A stretch of DNA of 64,000 nt from the NCBI GenBank assembly GCA_028023455.1, contig JAQFVV010000007.1, positions 14,260,001-14,324,000 of the forward strand. Reading direction: 5' to 3'. This document shows positions 12,663 to 24,120 of this stretch, in pieces. The translations under genes were made by a program, and so were the position numbers. Source of the DNA: Epiperipatus broadwayi. Its lineage: Eukaryota > Animalia > Onychophora. Under the pieces are notes generated by a model. That model had not been told where the DNA came from and ran no database searches. It saw only the letters and a program-made list of their open reading frames with translations. Numbering within the stretch: the stretch's first letter is position 1; each line of letters begins with the position of its first letter.

Positions 12663-12877
12663 CATCAACCTCCACAATGTTGTTCTTCCACTTTTTATTA
12701 ATAAAGAATTCCATTCTATTTTTGCTTCTAGTCTTTGTGTCTTTGTAGCAAGATACACATCCACTATTCAGATTAATTATATTTATTTTTCTTTTTAACT
12801 TTACAGAATCCAACAATGTTCCATTTAATATTAGACTTTTTTTTTCAATCTGAAAACTTCCTTCACTTGAAAGTGAC
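12663..12877 (-). CDS. Candidate internal coding exon of an unidentified gene
   Basis: ttgcag| acceptor and GATG|gtatat donor. 215 nt open in one frame: SLSSEGSFQIEKKSLILNGTLLDSV...MEFFINKKWKNNIVEVD. No homology recognised and no partner exon found. Confidence 0.35.
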
Positions 12878-14214
12878 CTGCAATTATAGATATGTTGTAA
12901 ATAAAAGGTTATCATTTAATGACAGCCTGAGTTACAGTTATAAAATGTTTAGATGGTTCTATATTGTTTTGGCTGAAAGATTTTTCAACTTTCTAAGATC
13001 ATTCACATATTTGTTCATCATGCCTTCAAATCAAGTGACATTTCAGTTAATAATTAGTATCAATCGAGAAAAGGGATAATAGTGTGCATTAGTCTTAATC
13101 TGTTTGATAAATTGACAACACTGGATGATATGTGATGGTGAATAGACCATTTATATTTGTTTTCTTTATGAATAATCATAAATTGATGACATCTGCAATG
13201 ACAAAAACTTATAAGAGTCGACATTAAAAGTTTGTTCAGCTTTATTCTTTTATGACTACAAAAAGAAATCAAGGGTTTTTTTTTCCAGTTCATGACAAAC
13301 TTATTTTTACAGTCATTACCATGCATATAAAATATCCCCAAACTCATAGGTTCTTAACTTAGTACATGATCTCAACAACTATTTCATTATTAAAAGGTTT
13401 AAATATTGATTTGTTAAAGCAAAATGTTTAATTTATCTTAATGCTTTCTCTCTTACTATCATATTATTAATTAGAATGAGATGGTATTATATTGATACTA
13501 TCTATTTCTTATTTGGTCAGAATGAAAAGAAAAACAATTTTCTATTTCAATGTACTGTTTACAAAAATTCAGAAGCATTACCATTATCACACATTTGGTG
13601 TAAATTCTTGAATGACTTTGTGAAACATAGGTTAATATGTCTCTCTGTCATGCTGATCATTTGAAGTTCAAATATAGGTTGAATTGAAAACTTTTTAAAT
13701 GACTAAATATTTTTAATATAGTTTAAGATTTAAGAATGTGGTGGAAGAGGGGGGGGTAGTCAAATCAAAACCAATTATCAAATTTTCACTCAATAAATTG
13801 GCTTTTATAAATCTTATCTAGAGAGCAAAAAAATAAAAATAAAACCATGTTAACATTTACTAAGTTATATTTGGACTAGTATTTTTCCAGTGCTATTTAA
13901 ATAAAATAAATAAATAGTCAAATGATTTATTATTCAGGAATTTAGAGAAATTTGACACAAGAAGAGGTAAAGCTGATCCATGATATGTATATATATATTG
14001 ATCTCCAAAAAACATCATTAAACCACTGCATTACTCCATGCAAAATTATGAGCTACTAAGAAATAAACCATTTAATGGGTTATTTCAATCTATGCTATAT
14101 ATATTTTTTTAGACAATTATATCGTCATTATCATTTTCAACCAATACTGATTCTCTGCTAGATGAAGGTTTTTTTCAAATTTAAACTAGTTTTTTTTTAT
14201 TGATTTCTAGACTT

Positions 14215-14460
14215 ATTTTTTCACATCACATCAACAACTTCCTTATTTGTTCGATCTATCTTACATGTAGTTTTATTGTAGTTCATTTACAATCTCTGGA
14301 ATCCAGTTTAATTAAACAGAACTTGAAGAGATAATAAAAGACCTAGAAGGAAACCACGTGGAAGGTGGATGGTGAAATAAGGAAGTTTATGATGTAAAAA
14401 AGAGAGGCCATGAATTGGAGAATCTGGATTAAATTTGAAGAGATCATCTTGCAACTGAAT
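14215..14460. mobile_element. RTE 3'-end fragments in inverted arrangement
   Basis: About 14215-14310 (minus) and 14320-14460 (plus) both resemble the RTE 3' region seen at 31.7 and 44.4 kb. Confidence 0.5.
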
Positions 14461-15969
14461 CAATAACAATTGAATACTTTTATATAATGTATTTGAAAGT
14501 ATGTATATATATATATTTATAAAAACATATAAAGTTTATTTTCTAAAATCTATTTCAATAGTTTAATTAAATAGTAGCAAACCTCCGACAAAGAACTAAC
14601 ATTTCATTGTCGTAATTTTTTCTCCTCACCACAATTCATTTTAGCATCTCATATGTATATATATTTCAATTATTTTTTATTGTTTCCTTTAATCATAGAA
14701 TAATTTCTCATTATCTATTAAATGGGATTTATATATAAAAATCAATGATTTTAAAAGAATGATTTTTTTTTTTTTTTAACAAATTGTAGCAGTCAAAATT
14801 GATTGATATCAAGAAACAATTTACAAAAAGATCTCATTTAGTTTGAAAACAGAAAAAAAAAATTATTTCCTCAAACAGGAAATAAAAAAAGATAAAGGAA
14901 AGAAAAATGAATTTCAAATGAAAATAGATAAATAAATTACATTTAAAGGGGAAAAAATTATTAGTTGATAAATTGAATGTAGATTTTCGGTCATAAGAAA
15001 TATTCGGGTCCTCTTAGTGGATTATTAACTTCAGTTTTTTTATGTCACCTGGCGTTACAATCTCCAGAGTTTAGATCTCCATTTGAATACTTACCTATCA
15101 ACGCAAAGCTTTAAAACCTTGATTTAACAGGTTGACGGACAATGACTATCTTCGAGTCTCTGACCAATAAAACTATGAATACAGTTTTTATTGTCACAAT
15201 TTCACAGTCTGACGATTAAAATGGATGCTAATTCCTAAAGACGCGTTTCATGATCTTTTACACTAGTAAGGTGGCTGATTCTTAAACTAATATCCCTGGA
15301 TCACAACTCCGGCTCTACCTTTTTTATAATCTTCTTTCAATATATTAAAAATATCTTACCTTTTTTTATTATTTTGTCATTAAATGTTTTTCACTTTTTT
15401 TCCAGGAAAAATAACTTAACGTTAGTTGTTGAATATATATGTGTATGTCTTTTTGTTTTTAATAATCTGATAGTCGGTTAAAATCATTATTGCGGGGGGG
15501 GGGGGTTTATAGACTATAATTGTCTTTTTTGAGTTATTTTCATGTTCTGTACAACTCCATACAAATAACTAATATTGCATTTGAAAAATATATATATTCT
15601 AGGCTATATATCTATTCTTAGAAGCTTTTGAATTTTTTTTTTTTTTTAGTTTTTAATAAACTATAATATGATACACGTTTGATATGGGATTATTGATTTC
15701 ATTAATCTATTCTTAAATGCTAACCTTTTCTGGTTTAATAAAACCATTACTTTCTCAATGTACTTTCTATTCAATTTATTGTTTTATGTTTTGACTACAT
15801 TATTTTTATTTTTTTATAATTTATCATTTTGACTCCTAGTAGAATTATCTGCAATTAAAAAAAATTAAAATTTATTAAAATTGTAGATAAAAATCCGGTG
15901 CCAAAAATGGTTTAGGTGTGTAGTGATTTGGTCATGTGATTCAATAGTATTCAATTACCATAGTAATAT

Positions 15970-16560
15970 CATCATCATCAAGGATTATCAATCCACTGCA
16001 GGATGAAGGTCCCTCTGAGTTCAATCCATCATTTCTGATCTTTAGCTTCTCTTCTCCATGTCACCTCTGCACACTTTCTTATTTTATTTTTCCATCTCAC
16101 ATGTGGTCTCTTTCTGGTTCTTTTACAATCTCTTGGAATCCAGTTTAAGATTTCAATCTATTATCATCTCTTCTAGCAATATGTCCATCCCAACTTCACA
16201 TCAGTCTTTTAGTTTTTTTCAATGAGATCAGTAACATCTGTTTGTTTTCCTACCCATATATTGCATGTTCGATCTTTTCTTGTTATTCTGAACATGCATG
16301 CATCTCTTCATACTTTTTGAGTAGTCTAAAGTCTCTGTATTGCTCTTCTATTAGGTGTCCAAGTCACAGATCCATAAGTAAGAATTGATAAAACACATTT
16401 ATTAAAAAACTTCCTTTTCAAACACATAGGTATAATTCCTTTTAGTATCAAGTTATTTCTACCAAAAGCATTCCAACTAAGTTTAATTCTATGATTAATT
16501 TCATCCGTTATGTTTCCATCTGTATTAATAATCTGACCAAGGTATTTGTAATATAATTTC
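15970..16560 (-). mobile_element. RTE-clade LINE 3' fragment
   Basis: (CAT)n tail and ccactgcaggatgaagg...agttcaatccatc, the reverse complement of the 31.8 and 44.5 kb copies. YKYLG-like remnant at about 16540. Confidence 0.85.
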
Positions 16561-17762
16561 CATTAAAAGTTAAGTTAGAATATTTTTTTTTACAATTGAA
16601 TATTTTGCTTACAAGCAAGCTTTTCTACCCTAAGTCATAAATTTTGCAGCATAACTTATAAATTAATAAAAATTGGAACAATAAAAGAAATAAAACCCAT
16701 CTGGTTATGTTGTACTTAATGCACAATATAAAGGCATTAAAGTTTTAAAGTTAAAAACCTTTATTTACACTAAATGAAGATAAGATCCAGGTGTAATTTA
16801 ATAATCAGCTCTGGAGTTCATGCTCCTGGATCACTGTTCCAGTTGTCATTTTGGTGCTCAAACTTTTTTAAACTCCTGAAAAATAAACCATTTGATTATT
16901 TTTATTAACACCAACTACCACTAACATCGGCTCACAAGTTTACTCAAGCTAGGAATTTAAACAAAAGTTAGTAAATTGAGTCTGTTTGGATACTGGGCTA
17001 ATGCCTAATTACACTGGTGTGAATAAATAATATATTATATGATATTTGACTGCAGCATAAGTCATTGTGTTTGTAATTGCATCATTATTATTTATTCTTC
17101 TAGCATCATGAGTAGTTTCTATTTTTGTAATGATGTTGGTAGTTTTGGTTACAATGATATTACATGATTTAAGTTGCTTGGTTTCTTCCATGCAACCTAG
17201 TGATAATAGTTTTGATTACTATGTCATAATCAATTGCAGTAGTTATTGCCAAAGTTAGCAATGACAATAAGTAGTAATTGCCAATGTTAACAATAACAGT
17301 TAATGCTTGCTAGAAGAAGAATAATGGAAATGAAAATTCTGACCTCAATACTCATATTTCATTGCAAAATTCAGAGCATAATATGAAATGAATTCTACTG
17401 TATCTGTATAAGAATATGATTTTCTGCATTAATTCTAAATTGCTAAAGAGATTAGTTATAAGAATGGTTAAAACATATCAGTTTTAATTTTAAATTCTAG
17501 CTCTATGATTGGCTATATATAACTTGTAAAACTTACAACTGACTAATTGTTAAGAAAGTCATAGGACATTCAAGCACCCAAATATCATAATAGCCACAGT
17601 AGTTCTCATCAATTTATTGGAGATAATCCAGACATTTTAGCTCTTAAATCTATTTCTTAGCTTCTGCTGTAATCTATAAAAAACATTTAAAGAGTCAATT
17701 ATAAAAACAAATTCAAAATAAGAGTCATAGATTACATGACCCTATATCTTAAGCTTGTAAGT

Positions 17763-18162
17763 TATAAACAATGAGGATTTCCAATTTCTCTACAAGCTTT
17801 ATGATAAATGCTTAGTCAGAGCCAGCACTCAAAATATCTGTCAGGAACCCTCTCCCCAAAATACCTGACTATGGTTTCATGCTTTGGCACTCCTCAGAGA
17901 GGTGTCAGGAAAAGTTCAGACACTAGATCTAAAAATACCAACCCAAAGCCAAGTACTTATCTAAAAGTTATCTATTGAATGGAAAATCTGAAATTTTCAG
18001 ATATCTACAGCCCCATATATCTATTTAAGTTGGATAGCTGGGTTTGAAGACATGTAGTCAGGGGTTTGGGGGAGGTTCCTGACAGAGATATTTTGAATGC
18101 TGTCTCTGGATAAGTATTTATCAGAAAGCTTGTAGAGGAATTGGCAATCCTCATTGTTTATA
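17763..18162. mobile_element. Inverted-arm non-coding element with HHR (family 2)
   Basis: About 17763-17870 is inverted relative to about 18053-18162. Shares cagacactagatctaaaa with the 28.1-28.9 kb element. Confidence 0.7.
17863..17903 (-). ncRNA. Minimal type I hammerhead with intact core and weak stem I
   Basis: ACCUCU-CUGAGGA-GUGC(CAAA)GCAU-GAAA-CCAUAG-UC-AGGU. Confidence 0.65.
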
Positions 18163-19894
18163 AAAAAAAATTGTTTGACAAAACTACCCATTATTTAAAT
18201 AGTAGCTAATGGGTTTAAGAAAATATATACTAAAAATCCACTGTTATAGATTAGGGAGATTTTATGCCTGAGGACCATGAAAAATATTATAAAATAATCT
18301 AAAATATAAATTATCTACAGATTATCCAAAGTTTTTATGCAACAATTTGTTAAGAAAAGGCAGAAGAGAATTGGATTAAGATCCTAAAACCAGTATAACA
18401 TCAGACTTATCCAATCACATATCTGTGATCAATTCTGTCAGTTGTTAAGACTTTAACCAAGTTCCAAAACTTTTGCATTTCCCAATCATGATTGAAACTT
18501 CTTTTTAATTTATTACAGGGTATAATTTCAACTAATATGTTTCCTATTGACTAATTCAAGCTTGAATCTACATGTTTTGTACAAAATTATCTAGAAGGAA
18601 TGCTATATCTTTTACAAATATACACATACCTCTTACCTCTATGCCTATTCCAGTTTCATAAGCATACAACCAACTTCAAGTAATTACTTAAATAATATAT
18701 AAAATATTTTCAGTTGTATAATACATCTGTTATTATTCACACACTAAAAACTATTCCATGCTTCTCCCTGTTATTTCTCAACAAGAAATATAATTTACTC
18801 AAAAGCAATAACAAATAGTGGTTCAACTCATTCCTATCCTTTATCAAACTTTTATCCAGGAACATCATGATCAAAATTTGGCAATCTGCAATCTTCATTT
18901 GTGTTCTGTCATAGCTTAAGCCTTTATTTTCATTAGTACCCCCCCCCCGATCAGACTTCATTCTTGAAAATACATATCTGGACTCTTCATCAGTTTAGTC
19001 ATCATGATTACACAAAATTAGAACATAATATGCTTCAAATTTGGATCACCCTTCAATGGAGTTAAACAACTTTCAGTACTATCTGCACCATTATAGTTAT
19101 GGTTTTACCATGTATTTTCCTATGAAACATAAATTTATTCTACTGTAAATATGTTTATATTTGTATATAATTTGTCATCAATAAAGTTTTATATATGTAT
19201 TTATAAAAAGTCTAAAATTATAACTTGGTAAATGGAAAAAAAAATTTTAATGAATATGAAATTCTACATATTCTTCTAAAACTGAACTTCTTTCACCTAA
19301 TTTTTTTTATATATGGATTTTTTTTAACAGGTTAATTACTATCAAAATATTGTAAAGGAATTTGTAGAGATCTAAACAGAAGATAGATCCTCTACTCTCT
19401 TTATTATGACCCATCAATTTTGTGATTACATTGATAGATTTGATTGACATTAACTGCATGGTTTATAATTTTTGTTTGATCACATCTAGAGAGGTTAGTG
19501 GATAGTCAATTTCATTTATGAAATAGATAATCACAATGACAATAAAAAGTCCTGAATCTAATGATGAGATTCCCATAACAACTAGGAAATTCAAATTTGT
19601 CTGTTTTTAATGTGGATCTGGTAGAGAAATTGGTTTGGAATCTCATAAGAGGTCAGTTTTTTGTTCTATTTGTTTAGGTATATATTTTTGGTTGGATATC
19701 CAGATTGAGTTTAAAATATTGTAGACATAGATGTTATGAATTACTACATTGTAAAAAGGAGTAATAACTTTTAACTGTTATTTTAACCTATGTTTAGAAT
19801 GATTGTTGATTATAAATCTGTTTTATAAAGAAATATAATAAATATAAAAGTTTTAATAAAAATTATGGTGGCCTTTGGGTGTTCCATCATCAGA

Positions 19895-20010
19895 TTTTCA
19901 ATTGAATGGATGGTTAAAGAGTTGGAGTGTGGAATGGATTGAAGCCTGTCCATTAAAGTATGAAGATTGGCTATCTTTATATATATATATATAAAGATAG
20001 CCATATCTTC
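19895..20010 (+). mobile_element. Family 1 repeat, 5' part, ending in a local inverted duplication
   Basis: atggatggttaaagagttggag...gaagcctgtccattaaagtatgaagat matches the 37.1, 50.4 and 55.5 kb copies. tatgaagattggctatcttta is mirrored by taaagatagccatatcttcata across a TA run. Confidence 0.6.
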
Positions 20011-20399
20011 ATATATATATATATAGATATATATATATTATATATTATATATATATATATACTGTAACCATATATTTTAGTATAAAATATAATAATTGAT
20101 GTAACTAATATAAAAATTTCTCTTTCTTCTTTTGGTGATTTGATTGGCTTGAGCTGCACTTTGAACAGATTACTCTCTTATATTATTTTAATAAATTTAA
20201 GTTTGCTTCTTCCCATATGTTAACTCATATCAAAATGTTTAACTTTTTAAAAATTTGACAACATAATAAAATTTGGTAAAGTAGTATTAAAAATAATGTT
20301 TTAAATTTATTTGTTTAAAATAATCTTAAAAATTATTTCTATTGAATTAAAAAAACCATTTGTTCAGTTAAAATTAATTATTAAAAATAAATACAGTAA

Positions 20400-20710
20400 T
20401 TACGTATGCGTCTCAATGTAAAAAGAAAAGAGCGCGAATTTAAGAGAGAAGATTGTCTGTTAGTTGGCTTTTGGAGGGAGAAAGAAAAAAAAAAGGCAAA
20501 TGGTGTAAATTTGATAAGCTTATTTTAAAATAGTTAATAAGCAAACGGATTACCACAAAATTTGCTATAAACGTAAATATAACATAGTGGTAATTAATTA
20601 TAAGATGAATTGCTAATTTTAAAAGTCTGTTCAAGTCGGCTGGCCAAGTGGATCGAATCACCGGTAATAAATTTTCCAATATTACATTTTAAAATGTCAG
20701 AGCTTCCCAG
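20400..20710 (+). promoter_or_regulatory. CpG-retaining candidate promoter / first exon ending ATGTCAGAGCTTCCCAG|gttaag
   Basis: Local CpG enrichment, aaaATG at 20694, donor at 20711. Confidence 0.35.
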
Positions 20711-21924
20711 GTTAAGTTTAAAAGAATTAAATACAAGATTTTCGTATGTTTTGAAATATTTATTATTCTACAATTTGGAAAAATTAAATAAGTATTTTAA
20801 TTACAGAAGTTTTATGAATATGAAAATTTGTTTTTTAAAAAAGAAGAATTTTAAGTTAAAGTAAAATGTTAAAGTTGTCAAAATATTTTAATATTTCCGT
20901 TTTTTAATTCTAATAAAATATAATATTGATTGATATTTAACTTTACAATGCCAGTAATATTTGCTAGTTAATTTGTTTAACATTTGGATAATAAACATTC
21001 TTCAAATAATTAATCAAAGCTATTTTATAATTGTATCGTCGGTTTGAAATGAATAAATTAATTGCTGTAATTAGTATTCCTGGATTAACGCGTGGATAAA
21101 TAAATACTTGCATGGATGTGATAAACTTGGAACACTTTTGATAGAGAAATGTAGAGATTAATAACTTTATGAAAAACATTTTCATTTAAATTCTGCGTAT
21201 CATGTTTTAAAATTGTTTCATGTTTGGGGAGCCATGCAAAATCGTTAATCTAATATTGCTTATAATAACTAATCAAATGGATAGAATTGCATGTATGGAA
21301 TTTAACTACAGTTATAGCTATTACCTCGTATACTTATTATTCTACACATCGTACATGGATTCCACTGATCACATTAGGAGTTATAAAATGCTATACAATC
21401 CAATTTGTGATACACACATCTGCTAAAATTCATGTATTGAACTATAAATGCTATACATTTAGTTTTATCACACACACACAGTTAAATTTTATATATTTGA
21501 TGAATAATACATTTATTTAATTTTATCGTTATATGAACTTGCATGTGAAGTTCAAAAGTTATATTTATTAAGTTTAAATTAATAGGGGTTGAATAAAATA
21601 TTTATTCAAGAGAATAGCACTCGCGAAAAAGCTTAAACAGTATTAAATGAATTCATGAGATGTATCAATCTTTGTGAGATGTTTTGTGAGTCTTTCCGGA
21701 TTTATATTCCTATGCCAATATTACTTATATTATATTACACATGTTTATTTTAAGCAAGATAAGTAGTACATTAGTTGTCCTGATTAGCGTAACATTTTAT
21801 TATGCAAGAACCCACATTTGCTAAAGTGTTAGTGTATTCTGAATAGTCAGAAGAACTGAGGAGGATGATTTTGCACTTTAATGTGAAGTAAATAATAATG
21901 TTGTTTTAGAATGTTAAAGGGCTT

Positions 21925-22021
21925 TAATCTGTGCTGGTGGTTAATCCGCAGATTATTTTAATTGCCATTTTTGTATTTTACACACATTCCTGCGCTGGTG
22001 GTTAATCCGCGGAATTGTGTG
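21925..22021 (+). promoter_or_regulatory. Twin RNA hairpins with identical loop CUGGUGGUUAAUC
   Basis: Stem 1 UAAUCUGUG/CGCAGAUUA; stem 2 CACAC-AUUCC-(U)-GCG/CGC-GGAAU-(U)-GUGUG. The outer stems differ in sequence but both pair. Confidence 0.6.
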
Positions 22022-23049
22022 ATTATACGTATTACTTTATGATGGTGTTTAAATACACAAAACGTTTAGTATTATTTAATTCCTACGTGTAGATGAATGC
22101 ATCCACAGGAATACGTTTTGCTTCACAGATATAAGTTGGGCAAAGTATTTTAGTTAATCTGCTAAATCATCTTCTTCATTTGTAAGCATAATTTATCGGT
22201 TAGATTATTAAATGGTAACAGGACATTCTATTCAAGTACTTCATAATAAATTAACTGTTGGTTGATTATTATTTACCGGAATGTAAGTTTACATTTTCAC
22301 TTTATTTAATGATTACATTATAGCTAAATCATATAGATATCATATTATTTATTATATTATTATAGGTGTACAGTAGGGATTTATTGAATCTGGAAATGAC
22401 GTTAAATATTTCATGAGTTTGATGCTGAATTTCGTATAATCTCATCAATATTCATTATATTAGATTGAAATAAGGTATGATTAGATTTTAAAACTGTACC
22501 TATGAGATGTTATTGAAGAAAGTCAATGGAATTATCATTTATTTATTTTATTTGTTTATTTATGTTTTATTTAGAATATTGAAATTAATTACTTATTGTT
22601 CATAAATTTGTAAATAAACGTTGATTTATAATTAAACTTACTGTGCCGTTGCTATGTGTCATTCATAACATCAGAAATCATAAACTTTGGATAGAGCATA
22701 CATTGAAGAGCATACATTGAAGTACATATTATTGTCTACATGATATAAGAGTTTGTTAATATTTTGAGAAAACATTAAGATGCTTTTCGTCTTTGGTAGT
22801 TTATGATGAGTAAGGTACAATAAAATCCCATTTACCTTTTCCATCATTGTGGCTTTGCGTAGTTGATTCTAGTATACAATAAATTAATTATTAAGCTTGT
22901 AAACAGATTTACCAAATAATGACATGATTGAATATATTTACTTAACGTTTTTAAATTGTCATTTATCAGTATAATAAGAGTCTCAATAATATAGTAAACT
23001 ATAAAAAAAAAGAACCCAAGTATTTATATTTATTTATTGCAAAGCTTTA

Positions 23050-23320
23050 CCTGGACTAGCATTCGTATTAAAAATCATATAGATGGTTTAAAATTTCATA
23101 ATCTTATGTAGTTCCACAAATTACGCCATCTTGTACATGGTCGGTCATCGGGTCTCATACAATAAAAATCGCAAATTAAGGTTTGAAAATAATCACATTG
23201 CACTTATAATTTGTATAATGTATTTTATCATACTACTATGATAGGTCTTCGCGGTACACCCTGGCTGTGATCAAATTAAATCATAAAGGTTTATGTTAGA
23301 TCATTAGTTTGGTCTATGGT
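23050..23320. promoter_or_regulatory. Candidate bidirectional promoter
   Basis: CpG-retaining island, YY1-type CGCCATCTTG (23124-23133), minus-strand donor CCAG|GTAAAG at 23050/51 and plus-strand ATG|GTAAGT at 23316-23324. Confidence 0.4.
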
Positions 23321-23539
23321 AAGTTGCTCCAGATGTTGATTGTGGTCTTTGGTGCATAAAATAGATAGCATGATATGCTTTTGGTTACAGCTCTTAATAG
23401 CTGACAATAATTGAGTGGGAATTGATCAGTGATCAAGGTTACAATTCTTGGTGCACTTATGTTTTGGTGATATTACGTAGTTGAGACACAATCAATGGTT
23501 ACAATATTACGTAGTTGAGACACAATCAATGGTTACAAT

Positions 23540-23720
23540 ATATATATATGAGCACTTATTACATATCAATCTGGACCAACTGATGATTGCTGGTTTAGCA
23601 TGAACTATGTATATTGGTGATTATTTATCTTTTCATTATATATGTGTTCAAGTGTATCAGTGTTGTGAGATAGAGTGGAGAGTGTTAGGCCATGTGAAAT
23701 TCTGTGCTCATGTATCCTAT
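23540..23720 (+). mobile_element. Family 1 HHR repeat copy, decayed core
   Basis: 23575-23618 ACCAA-CTGATGA-TTGCT(GGTTT)AGCAT-GAAC-TATGTA-TA-TTGGT. Confidence 0.75.
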
Positions 23721-23944
23721 TTTTACATATATTGATACAGGTATATAATAAGTTTGTATTTCAGTTATTAAAACATATAATACTGAAATAATTTTGAAAT
23801 AAATTGTAATTTAAAAAAATAAAAAATTAAACTATTTTCAAAAAATAATAAGTATATATTGTAGCTTTAAGATTAAATAAAACATGTATTTATCTAGTGA
23901 AGTAAAATAATAACTGTCATTCTTATGCTAATATTGCATTGTTA

Positions 23945-24120
23945 AGGTCAGCTGCACCCGGAGAAGACTGAAGAATAATACTACTCAGAAAGTTGTGTAA
24001 TTAATAATCTGTGCTTTTTATTTGTGTGCTATTGCTAACAAGTTGTTTGTATTTGAAAAGTTTAAAAAAACTTTAAATTTTTTTAGATGATGGAAATAGT
24101 CCAACATATTATCACTGTCA
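23945..24120 (+). mobile_element. PLE terminal-repeat fragment with decayed HHR (family 3)
   Basis: CTGAAGA (23968) ...TAATACTACTC-A-GAAA-GTT-GTGT; the tail matches 1-170 and 58690-58787. Confidence 0.6.

Noticed and set aside
15086-15097. ATACTTACCT, matching the U1 snRNA 5' end
   Set aside because: Only 10 nt match and the rest is not U1; better read as a minus-strand splice donor.
15200-15270. Minus-strand GAAACGCGTC resembling a PLE hammerhead stem III
   Set aside because: No CUGANGA and no convincing stem II upstream; lies in a CpG-rich promoter-like region where the match may be chance.
22800-22880. ATGATGA as a possible snoRNA C box
   Set aside because: No properly placed CTGA D box or terminal stem.
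23470-23541. 34-bp tandem duplication (and a ~38-bp one at about 59444-59519) considered as CRISPR-like repeats
   Set aside because: Directly adjacent copies with no spacers and no cas genes in a eukaryotic context; simple slippage duplications.
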